NCBI RefSeq assembly: GCF_001481685.1
Contig: NZ_CP006867.1
Coordinates: 630,001 to 662,000 of the forward strand
Source of the DNA: Ignicoccus islandicus DSM 13165
GTDB lineage: Archaea; Thermoproteota; Thermoprotei_A; Sulfolobales; Ignicoccaceae
Length of the DNA stretch: 32,000 nucleotides
Direction: 5' to 3'
Numbering within the stretch: the stretch's first letter is position 1; each line of letters begins with the position of its first letter. This document shows positions 1 through 7,484 of this stretch, piece by piece. The notes below the pieces were generated by a model, which saw only the letters and a list, made by a program, of their open reading frames with translations, made no database searches and had not been told where the DNA came from. The position numbers and the translations under genes were made by a program.

Positions 1-1
1 C

Positions 2-484
2 AGAGAAGTAAGCTTCTTCGAGTACCAAGGGGTACCTAAGGTATACTTTTGGAACGGGAAATACGAAGTGAGGGAGTATGTTGAAGGAAATATAATATCC
101 TTAGAGGACATCAATAAAGTAATAAATCTAGTTAAGTATCTTCATAGTAAATGTTGGAGAATAGGAGACACGAAATGGGACAATTTCCTTAAAATGGAAA
201 ATGGAAAAGTAATCTTAATAGATGCTGAACAAGCAGTAGTTGATTGTTCGCAGAAGAGCGTTATAGCTGACGCACTTGTAGGAAGCATCTTCTTGTACTA
301 TTCAAAGAGTGCCAGGGCTATAGATATAAGTAAGCTATTCTTTATTGAGATAATTAAGGGAAGGTGTAAGTCTATTATGAAATACCTCTTTCATCCCGGT
401 GTAGTACTTCTCGGTCTCTTAATACCGCAAACGTATTTCTCGGCACTCCTTCATTGTTTCGATGAACTTCGAGGTAAAAAGTGA
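2..484 (+). CDS. protein-kinase-like fold protein (Bud32/RIO/LPS-kinase type), 5' end outside window
   Basis: The frame of track ORF 68..484 stays open back to nt 2 (REVSFFEYQGVPKVYFWNGKYEV...), so the gene starts upstream of the window. WRIGDTKWDNFLKMENGKVILIDAEQA resembles the HxDLxxxN...IDFG catalytic segment of small archaeal kinases, but His and Phe-Gly are replaced. A hydrophobic tail of about 70 aa follows at the C-terminus. Confidence 0.45.
   Translation, partial: REVSFFEYQGVPKVYFWNGKYEVREYVEGNIISLEDINKVINLVKYLHSKCWRIGDTKWDNFLKMENGKVILIDAEQAVVDCSQKSVIADALVGSIFLYYSKSARAIDISKLFFIEIIKGRCKSIMKYLFHPGVVLLGLLIPQTYFSALLHCFDELRGKK
476..480 (-). terminator. oligo-T tract (T5 on minus strand) about 10 nt past the SRP RNA 3' end
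   Basis: Plus-strand aaaaa at 476-480 is UUUUU on the minus strand, immediately downstream of the last SRP RNA helix. Archaeal termination commonly uses oligo-T. Confidence 0.35.
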
Positions 485-490
485 ATGCTT

Positions 491-851
491 GGGTGTGTCC
501 CCCGGGGCTCCTTACACTGGACGGGACGTTGGTGTTATTAAGGACTATCCGTACCGCGCTTCTCCTTCAGCCCCATAAGCTCCCGCGAACGTCCGCGGCC
601 GGGGTTAGGCTGCTCCCTTCCGGGCCTGACCTGGTTCCCCCGGTTAAGGCGGTTTACCCCCATCCTCCGATGGGGGCTCCGCCACCGCGGACCCCGCGGG
701 GCGGGGTTCATCGGAGTTTGACGCGGTACGGATAGTCCGCCAACGTCCCGTCCAGTGTAAGGTTACTGGTCCCCGCGTTTTCGCCCGTTTCGGGCCCCTT
801 ACGGGGGGAGGAGGGCGAGCCCTCCGACCCTACCCCCGGGTGTGGACCCCC
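491..851 (-). ncRNA. signal recognition particle RNA (archaeal 7S RNA)
   Basis: The minus strand of 608-634 reads CCAGGUCAGGCCCGGAAGGGAGCAGCC, the conserved helix-8 GGAA-tetraloop/SRP54-binding motif. It is enclosed by a long helix 5 made of perfect inverted repeats 510-532/740-762 (23 bp) and 542-558/722-738 (17 bp). The region is a strongly GC-rich island in an AT-rich background. The ends are approximate. Confidence 0.85.
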
Positions 852-852
852 T

Positions 853-2355
853 TTAGCCACATATTCCACCCTCGCTTAAAGATGTTGGTGGTAACACGTT
901 AGGGAAACTTATTATGGCAGTGTTGGTTAGAACAGTGTTCACGAAACTAGAGGGTGAGTTCGGATCCAGTATGGCTATGTAGTTTCGTACTACTAGCTTT
1001 ATTGCAGAAACTGTATCGACAGAAGGTGTATACTCACAATTTATTCCGTGGTTGGTTGCCCACAATTCTATGTCGGTATTAGCTAACGATTCGAATCTCG
1101 ACTTTAGAGCCGATAGGTAAGCATTGTTAACTCTCTGGAGCTGAGGTATATAGAAGTTAATGCAATCTACAACTCTATATAATTTCTTGTAAATATTTTC
1201 TAAGTTAGTAGCAACTACTTGCAAGTATCGCATACCGTTGGGATAGTTCCTTAATGACGTGCTCGTAATATCTACATTGACGTTATTAAGTACTGATAAA
1301 CAACTTCTAATCACTGAGGAGGCAGTAGAAGTAGAGAGCTTCGAGAGAGGACCCAATAATGGAGATAGTAAATCGTTCGCGAGACTTCCAAGAACTCCTT
1401 GAAGGACGTTTTGGGTTACTATTAATCTAATTTCCCATGGCATTACGTTGGAAGAGTATTGGGAGTATATTTGATTATAGAGACTATATAGCTGCATCAT
1501 GTATGTATGTATTTGGATATAGTTAACTGGGCAACTTCCCCCCAACTGTTCAGAATAATAGTATAGGTAAGCATTCGATTTAGAAGGTACTTGAAAGCCT
1601 ACGAAAAGCGGACCGTACAATGTTGTTGCATTTAAATCCGTGAAGCATAGCTTGTATGTATTGTTTGAATAATCCGTGCTACACACAGTGAAACTATACC
1701 AAGCTGTTTCCGGAGCAGGAACAACACTTTCTATTAAACTAGTATTCAAGTTGTTAATCGCTGAAGGTGTGACCGAGGTTGCATTTAATATGACTAAAAG
1801 CTCTTTGTAATGAAGAAGTTGGGTTGTATTTGAGAGCTCTGCCATCATTTCGTTTGCCATGTAGTTCTGCAAATAGTTTTGAATATTGACAGAGGACTGA
1901 GAGAACTGATTGGAATACTCCCTAATGAGCTGTGCCCTAAGGGTTTGACCGTACATACCGTCGAGGTAACTAGCGGCGGCATTTGATGCCGAGATTAGGC
2001 CTTGGAGGTTAATTAGGTAATTAAGAACTAGCGGTTTCAAGCTATTGAATCCATTTACGTAGTTATTATACCAGGTACCGATCACGAGATTATATAAACG
2101 TCCTCCAGGTCTCAACAAGTCTAGAAGTTCGTTAATGTCTGGAGATATAGAGTCTAATGCTGGTTTTAGGGAAATTGCAGTCGAATAGAATTGTTCCCAC
2201 CTAACTTTAGTTTGACAGTAACTTTGTGCCAGCGAAAATAATACTCTCTCCTTTGAACTACTAATGATTAGAGGTGCTAGTGGGTTGTTTTGTGCATAGG
2301 CTATATACGTACTTAAGAATATCAATAACGAAAAGGCAATTAAAGTCTTGTTCAA
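853..2355 (-). CDS. secreted hypothetical protein, Asn/Ser/Tyr/Leu/Gln-rich and poorly charged
   Basis: 500-aa ORF with a signal-peptide-like N-terminus (MNKTLIAFSLLIFLSTYIAYA/QN). It carries several N-x-S/T sequons (NTT, NAT, NTS, NNT, NAT), has very few Lys/Glu/Arg compared with neighbouring cytoplasmic proteins, and has no C-terminal TM anchor. I recognise no family. Confidence 0.7.
   Translation of the reverse strand: MNKTLIAFSLLIFLSTYIAYAQNNPLAPLIISSSKERVLFSLAQSYCQTKVRWEQFYSTAISLKPALDSISPDINELLDLLRPGGRLYNLVIGTWYNNYVNGFNSLKPLVLNYLINLQGLISASNAAASYLDGMYGQTLRAQLIREYSNQFSQSSVNIQNYLQNYMANEMMAELSNTTQLLHYKELLVILNATSVTPSAINNLNTSLIESVVPAPETAWYSFTVCSTDYSNNTYKLCFTDLNATTLYGPLFVGFQVPSKSNAYLYYYSEQLGGSCPVNYIQIHTYMMQLYSLYNQIYSQYSSNVMPWEIRLIVTQNVLQGVLGSLANDLLSPLLGPLSKLSTSTASSVIRSCLSVLNNVNVDITSTSLRNYPNGMRYLQVVATNLENIYKKLYRVVDCINFYIPQLQRVNNAYLSALKSRFESLANTDIELWATNHGINCEYTPSVDTVSAIKLVVRNYIAILDPNSPSSFVNTVLTNTAIISFPNVLPPTSLSEGGICG
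875..882 (-). promoter_or_regulatory. TATA-like box (TCTTTAAG on minus strand) for SRP RNA, inside the 3' end of the upstream CDS
   Basis: Applying the 23-nt TATA-to-start spacing seen for the tRNA genes in this window predicts a start near 851, where the GC-rich RNA begins (GGGGGGUCC...). Confidence 0.35.
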
Positions 2356-2400
2356 TTATTAATCCCCTAACTACACCAATTGATTTAAGGAAAAATAGTT

Positions 2401-3423
2401 ATGGCAAGGAAGATGGAGGGTAGAACAGTTACTGAAATAAGGGAACCAATACCTCTCATTGGTTCGATTGCATTCGGAATAATAGACAGGGGAACTAACG
2501 TCCTTCAAGTGAGGGTTACTAGCGTTTGCGGCATGTGTTGTAAGTTTTGCAGCGTTGATGCTGGTCCGTGTTCTAAGAGCAGATGGAACGAGTTCGTTAT
2601 AACTGACATCGAATGGTTAAAGAGGTGGGTTTCTGAGGTAGTCAAGTTCAAAGGGGGTGACATCGAAATACTTTTAGATGGAATAGGGGATCCTTTAGAG
2701 CACCCCCAAATCACTGAAATAGTTTCCGGTCTTAGAGAGATTGAAGGAGTTAAATCGATCGCCTTGGAAACTCACGGCCTAAGGCTAAGTTTCGATCTGG
2801 TGGATGAACTAGCTCGAAGCGGGTTAGATAGAATAAATCTCAGCATTGAAACACTGAATCCCTCGAAAGCTAAGTTCCTAGCTGGCAGGGACGATTACGA
2901 CGTCTCGAAAGTTAAAGAAGTAATAGAATATACAGTCTCTAATACTCCTATAGATGTTCACCTAACACCAGTTCTTTTACCTGGCATTAATGAGAACGAC
3001 GTTATAGAAATATTGCTTTGGGGAAAGGAGATAGGTGTAGGAAAGAAGTGGCCACCATTCACTGTCCAGAAGTACGTGAGACATAAGAGAGGTAGGAAGG
3101 TCAAGGGAGTGAAGGAATGGGATTGGGACTATTTTTGGAAGTGGATAGATGAAACCGAACGCAAGTACGGTTTGAAATTGAAGTGGAGTATGGACGAATG
3201 GGGTATGCGTTACGCGCCTAAGTTACCGACGCTCTATGAGAAGGGATCTAGAGTGAAGGTCGAAATAGTGTCCAGAGGTCATATCAAGGGAGAATGGCTC
3301 GCAGTTCCGATACCGAACCGAAACGTTGTAATTACTTTAGTTGGTGTAGCCGGAGATATCGGGAAGAGGGTTACTGTTAGGATTATTAATAACAAAGACA
3401 ACATCTACTTGGCTACGCCGTAG
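2401..3423 (+). CDS. radical SAM protein with C-terminal TRAM-like domain (COG2100-like)
   Basis: CGMCCKFC contains the CX3CX2C radical-SAM cluster motif (Cys43/47/50). The TIM-barrel-like body includes LLDGIGDPLEH. The C-terminal beta-rich segment RVKVEIVSRGHIKGEWLAVP...KRVTVRIINNKDNIYLA resembles a TRAM/OB domain. Confidence 0.7.
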   Translation: MARKMEGRTVTEIREPIPLIGSIAFGIIDRGTNVLQVRVTSVCGMCCKFCSVDAGPCSKSRWNEFVITDIEWLKRWVSEVVKFKGGDIEILLDGIGDPLEHPQITEIVSGLREIEGVKSIALETHGLRLSFDLVDELARSGLDRINLSIETLNPSKAKFLAGRDDYDVSKVKEVIEYTVSNTPIDVHLTPVLLPGINENDVIEILLWGKEIGVGKKWPPFTVQKYVRHKRGRKVKGVKEWDWDYFWKWIDETERKYGLKLKWSMDEWGMRYAPKLPTLYEKGSRVKVEIVSRGHIKGEWLAVPIPNRNVVITLVGVAGDIGKRVTVRIINNKDNIYLATP

Positions 3424-4793
3424 TATTTCTCCATTTCCTTCAATATGGCTTTATGAAAACTCGAAGCTATAGATCTGGCAGCCCTATGGGTGGTAAAAAT
3501 CGTTAGGCTTAAATCGGAAGGTCCCTTAGTTACCAGCAACACTGGTTCGTTAGGTAGCTCCCTGAGGACGTTGCTAACGTACGTGGGTTCCTCGAGTCCT
3601 TTTCCAACTATTGAGACAGCAGAGACGTCTGGTTTAATATCTACTTCAACATCAATACCGTAGAGACCTAATGAGTTCTTAACTGCCTTGGCAACTATAT
3701 CTGTAAATCCCTTGTTAACTGCTATGGTTATGGAGGTTTCCGAAATTGGTTGTGATATAGCGTATATATTTGCACCAACCTTGGCACAAGCTTCCATTAC
3801 TTTCGCAGCTGTTCCTTTCATTTCAACCATTCCAACTCCCTTTACCGAAATTAGAGCCAAGTCGTTCATTACTGCGACTGCCTTAAGGTTTGGCCCTTGT
3901 TTCTTGTAAGAAATTAACGTAGATGAACCATGGGGATTATAGAGCGACAATATTCTGACATCAGTTGGTCTTCTTAATAGTGGTTCAAAGGTTTTGGGGT
4001 GAAGCCTCTTAGCACCCAGTCGGGCCAATTCGATGGCCTCATACAAGCTTAATTCGGGTATAGTTACGGCTTCCTTAAACTCTCTTGGATTGGCAGTCTT
4101 TATTCCATCAACGTCAGTGTAGAGCCTAACTTCATCAGCATTTAATGCGGCACCGAGTATTGTTGCCGTCAAATCGCTTCCACCTCTTCCTAGGTTCGTT
4201 ATAACACCTTCAATGTTGATCCCTAAAAACCCCGTAGCTACGGGAATTCTTCCCTCAGACAATATGGAGCCTAAGTTCTCTCTAACCTTTTCAAAGGTCA
4301 TATCGTAGAGAATTGTTACGTTCGGAGGTTCCCCCTCAACGTAAATTCCCAGTCTCTCAGGGAAGACGGGTTCGGCGTCTATGCCTACGCTTTCTAATGC
4401 TGCAGCCATGAGGACTGACGATGACCTCTCACCAAAGGACAGTATGTAGTCTTTAGTTCTAGGTGTACTCTCCTTGAGTATTTCGAGGGCCCATAATACT
4501 TTGTTTAAATTATCGAACAACTCCCTCAATGACTCTTTCCACTTCTCATCAGCGTTAAGTTGATCTAACACTCTTTCATGGCGTCTTTGCAGAGCTCTTA
4601 AGTATTCTCTCCAACCTCTATGGGGATTCTCTGAAACCCTTAAAAGAGAGTCTGTTATGCCCTTCATTGCAGAGACAACGACTACGACTTCGTTCTCCGT
4701 ATCGTTTAAGAGTTCCTTAACTATTTGAGCAGCTTTTCTATACCCTTCTACATCCCGTAGAACGGAACCACCGAACTTGCTTACCACTCTCAC
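3405..4793 (-). CDS. lysC: aspartate kinase
   Basis: GTG start. The N-terminus VVSKFGGSVL is the amino-acid-kinase glycine motif. LNADEVRLYTDVDGIKTANPR is the aspartokinase signature region. Two ACT-like repeats lie at the C-terminus (ALISVKGVGM..., SAVSIVGKGL...). Confidence 0.9.
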   Translation of the reverse strand: MRVVSKFGGSVLRDVEGYRKAAQIVKELLNDTENEVVVVVSAMKGITDSLLRVSENPHRGWREYLRALQRRHERVLDQLNADEKWKESLRELFDNLNKVLWALEILKESTPRTKDYILSFGERSSSVLMAAALESVGIDAEPVFPERLGIYVEGEPPNVTILYDMTFEKVRENLGSILSEGRIPVATGFLGINIEGVITNLGRGGSDLTATILGAALNADEVRLYTDVDGIKTANPREFKEAVTIPELSLYEAIELARLGAKRLHPKTFEPLLRRPTDVRILSLYNPHGSSTLISYKKQGPNLKAVAVMNDLALISVKGVGMVEMKGTAAKVMEACAKVGANIYAISQPISETSITIAVNKGFTDIVAKAVKNSLGLYGIDVEVDIKPDVSAVSIVGKGLEEPTYVSNVLRELPNEPVLLVTKGPSDLSLTIFTTHRAARSIASSFHKAILKEMEKYYGVAK

Positions 4794-4867
4794 GTCAGTG
4801 CCCGAGGGGCATAACTACTATAGCTAAAAAAGCCAAGTAGCAGTTGTAGTTTTCAATGGATTGAAAC

Positions 4868-5050
4868 TTAGCCTTGGAGCGCCCCTAGAGTTGCTTGCAA
4901 CGATTGGTTTACGTTGTCTAGCGTACTTGAAACTTTAAATACTAAATACAACCATCCAAGTACTGCTATGAAACTTAGTATGGATATAATAACTTCGAAG
5001 GTGCTCAGACCTAATATTAAACCCTTCATTTGACTCTTCAATACCTTCAC
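4868..5050 (-). CDS. small hypothetical membrane protein (60 aa)
   Basis: Basic N-terminus MKVLKSQMKG followed by one long hydrophobic helix, LILGLSTFEVIISILSFIAVLGWLYLVF. It is co-oriented upstream of lysC. No homology recognised. Confidence 0.35.
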   Translation of the reverse strand: MKVLKSQMKGLILGLSTFEVIISILSFIAVLGWLYLVFKVSSTLDNVNQSLQATLGALQG

Positions 5051-5084
5051 CCCATTGCTCTAATTGAAGTAAGAGTTATTAAGA

Positions 5085-5092
5085 TTTTAAAT
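5085..5092 (+). promoter_or_regulatory. TATA box TTTTAAAT upstream of candidate H/ACA sRNA
   Basis: Same octamer as upstream of tRNA-Ser and tRNA-Glu in this window. The 23-nt spacing used there predicts a start at about 5116, two nt before the hairpin. Confidence 0.45.
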
Positions 5093-5117
5093 TACGAGTA
5101 AGTAACTCTCATCGGAA

Positions 5118-5188
5118 GCCCTGCTTTGAGAACTCCGGTGAAGCCGGTGAAGCCGGTTAATGAGCCGGAGGGTCAGGGGCAGGGTACA
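5118..5188 (+). ncRNA. candidate single-hairpin H/ACA box guide sRNA
   Basis: Lower stem GCCCUGC (5118-5124) pairs with GCAGGGU (5179-5185). The internal pocket is UUUGAGAA (5125-5132) opposite GGUCAGGG (5171-5178). Upper stem CUCCGG (5133-5138) pairs with CCGGAG (5165-5170). A K-turn follows: G64.U39, sheared G62.A41 and A63.G40, a 3-nt bulge AAU (5159-5161), and C-stem AGCCGG/CCGGUU capped by UGAAG. The ACA box is at 5186-5188, 15 nt from the upper-stem base. The element is a GC-rich island in a divergent intergenic region. Confidence 0.65.
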
Positions 5189-5252
5189 CCTTCCACGACT
5201 TATTTAAACTGCTTAAACGTACTCAATATACCCGAATATATGGTAAGGAACG

Positions 5253-5813
5253 GTGGGTAAAGAAGCATACCTTGTGCTAAATTGGAATTCGGTACATTTG
5301 AACGCAATTAAACTTGCAGAGGCAATTAAGTCTTCCAAAGAATCATTTGATTACGTAATTGGTGTGGTGAGGGGAGGAAACGTAGTAGCATCTATTTTAT
5401 CTGATTTACTCAACACGGATCTGATAGCAATAAAACTGAAAGCGTACAAGGGAACGAAACTACAAGGCCAAGCAGTCTTATACGACGAACCCTGCGTTGA
5501 GTTGAGAGGTAAGAGAATACTGGTAGTAGATGACGTTTGCGATACGGGATCTACTTTCAAGGTTCTTTCAAGTTATTTGAAGCTCAGAGGAGTAGACGAG
5601 ATGAAGTTTGCAGTCCTTGTAAAAAAGAGAACATGTGATTTCAATATTAATTATTGGAGCCTGGAAGACGATAGATGGATACTATTTCCATGGGAGATTC
5701 TCGAAATTTATAATCAAGATCCTGAAGGGGTTAAAGAGGCGGTGAGAGAGGGTATGGATAATGAAGTGGCAACACGCATACTGGGGTTTATCGAAAGTAC
5801 CGGAAAGACTTGA
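5253..5813 (+). CDS. purine (hypoxanthine/guanine/xanthine-type) phosphoribosyltransferase
   Basis: GTG start. PRPP-binding motif ILVVDDVCDTGSTF. FDYVIGVVRGGNVVASILS is typical of type I PRTases. Confidence 0.8.
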   Translation: MGKEAYLVLNWNSVHLNAIKLAEAIKSSKESFDYVIGVVRGGNVVASILSDLLNTDLIAIKLKAYKGTKLQGQAVLYDEPCVELRGKRILVVDDVCDTGSTFKVLSSYLKLRGVDEMKFAVLVKKRTCDFNINYWSLEDDRWILFPWEILEIYNQDPEGVKEAVREGMDNEVATRILGFIESTGKT

Positions 5814-6147
5814 CCATGCATTCGGTATGGATCCAACGAGATTGCGTCTCGCAGCCCTAATGGCATTCGAAGACTTCAAGTATGGATGCACAATTTCAAG
5901 GAATTTCCCCATAGAAGTCCTTCTCTATTATCATCTAACTACTCAGATCAGTAAGGCATTAGAGCTCTCTCGAAAGGAAATTGAAGGCGAGAAAACAGCC
6001 TACTTCGCTGATATAGAGATTCCCCCCGAAACGCTTTGGGTTACGGATCTAACACCAAATATATGTTTATACAAACTGGTTGAAAGAAGTTGGATCTCGA
6101 AGGCTATGCAAATAAGATACTATAAGAGAAAGAGGTGTAAGAAGTGA
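5761..6147 (+). CDS. hypothetical protein, possibly Cgi121-like (KEOPS subunit); start uncertain (5761 or 5827)
   Basis: LRLAALMAFEDFKYGCTISRNFPIEVLLYYHLTTQISKALE resembles, from memory, the central Cgi121 block (HL..A...A......E.LL..S...QI..AI). The 5761 start overlaps the PRTase gene by 53 nt. The stop overlaps the next start in GTGA at 6144-6147. Confidence 0.4.
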   Translation: MKWQHAYWGLSKVPERLDHAFGMDPTRLRLAALMAFEDFKYGCTISRNFPIEVLLYYHLTTQISKALELSRKEIEGEKTAYFADIEIPPETLWVTDLTPNICLYKLVERSWISKAMQIRYYKRKRCKK

Positions 6148-7484
6148 TTCGGTTTAGTAGCGAAGAGATAGCTGAAGTAATAGAAATGTTACATTATCTA
6201 CATTTAGACATAAGGGCTGTTACGCTTTCACTGAACGTATTGCATTTAAGAGAATGGGAAGAAGTGATAGAATATATAGAAAAGTGGGGCCTTAAACTAC
6301 GAGAAGCAGTTACTGATGTTGTCAATAAGCACGGGGTTCCCATAGTAACTTCAAGAATAGCGTTACCTCCCGTGCAATTTCTCCTTAAAAAGGATCACAG
6401 GAGCGAAGACTTAGTCAAACTGGCTCTAGAACTGGATAAAGTTGCTAGAAAAGTAGGAATTGATGCAATTGGAGGCTTCGGTGCTTTCGTTAACGTTTCT
6501 ATAGACGACAATGGGAGGAAGGTTATAGATGCTATATCTGAGGTACTAAGCAGAACGCAAACGATTTTCTCTTTCATAAATGTAGGTAGTACTATTGATG
6601 GACTCAACTTAGACGCAATCTATGAGCTTGCTGACGTGATATTAGATACGGCAAGTAAAACTAAAGGTCATGGAAATGCTAGGTTCCTCGTGAGCGTTAA
6701 CTTGCCTGGAGACGTACCGTTCATGCCGGGAGCTCATCATGGGTTTGGGAGACCTATGGCAGAGGTAAACGTGGCAGTTTCCGGCCCCGGTGTAGTAGAA
6801 GCCGCCATTAGGAGATCGAAAGTAAACTCATTCCGAGAACTCCACGAGACAATAAAGAAGGTAGCTTTTAAAATATCGAGACTAGGTGAATTCACTGCTA
6901 GGGAAGTTGCGAAGAGATTATCTGTAGAGCCAGGCTCGGTCGATTTAAGTTTAGCTCCAACTCCTAAAGTAGGAGATAGCGTAGCGCGAATCGTTGAAGC
7001 TATGGGAATACCAGTTTTCGGTTCACCGGGAACTTTAACTGCCTTAGCTATTATGGTAGACGCTCTAAAGAAAGGAGGTAGTATGGCAGTTTCCAGATTC
7101 GGTGGATTCTCCGGTTTATTTATACCACTGAGCGAAGACGCGGGAATGATGGAAGCTGCCCAAAAGGGGATGATAGATATATATAAGTTGATTGCATATA
7201 CTGCAGTATGTTCGTCAGGTCTAGATATGGTTCCGATTCCATTTGTATCAAGGGAAACATTGGCCTCTATAATAGCAGATCAATTAACTATAGGAGTGAT
7301 ACACCAGAAGCCTTTAGGCGTCAGACTGTTGCCTGTACCAAACTCTAAGCCCGGGGACGTCGTGGACTTAGGAGGACTACTAGGAAAAGGTGTAGTAATA
7401 AATGTAGAGGACTTATCTCCAAATACCTTCGTGAAACTTAAGGGTCATTTGCCACCACCTATATTAAGACTTCAAATGGGTTAG
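6144..7484 (+). CDS. UPF0210/DUF711 family protein
   Basis: 446 aa. The N-terminus EEIAEVIEMLHYLHLDIRAVTLSLNV matches the remembered UPF0210 signature (...LDIRTVTMGISL...). Size and Gly-rich core are typical of the family. Confidence 0.7.
   Translation: MIRFSSEEIAEVIEMLHYLHLDIRAVTLSLNVLHLREWEEVIEYIEKWGLKLREAVTDVVNKHGVPIVTSRIALPPVQFLLKKDHRSEDLVKLALELDKVARKVGIDAIGGFGAFVNVSIDDNGRKVIDAISEVLSRTQTIFSFINVGSTIDGLNLDAIYELADVILDTASKTKGHGNARFLVSVNLPGDVPFMPGAHHGFGRPMAEVNVAVSGPGVVEAAIRRSKVNSFRELHETIKKVAFKISRLGEFTAREVAKRLSVEPGSVDLSLAPTPKVGDSVARIVEAMGIPVFGSPGTLTALAIMVDALKKGGSMAVSRFGGFSGLFIPLSEDAGMMEAAQKGMIDIYKLIAYTAVCSSGLDMVPIPFVSRETLASIIADQLTIGVIHQKPLGVRLLPVPNSKPGDVVDLGGLLGKGVVINVEDLSPNTFVKLKGHLPPPILRLQMG

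Noticed and set aside
481-735. Track ORF of 84 aa, Pro/Arg/Gly-rich
   Set aside because: It lies entirely within the GC-rich SRP RNA gene, on the opposite strand. The composition is an artefact of translating a structured RNA, and there is no plausible start context.
491-851. Circularly permuted SRP RNA gene, as reported for some Thermoproteus-type archaea
   Set aside because: On the minus strand the order is Alu-domain helices, helix 5 5' strand, helix 6 region, helix 8 motif, then helix 5 3' strand. That is the conventional, unpermuted arrangement.
5139-5156. Tandem repeat GAAGCCGGT x2 as a microsatellite or protein-binding repeat
   Set aside because: It is fully explained as the two strands and loop of the K-turn C-stem in the H/ACA sRNA candidate.
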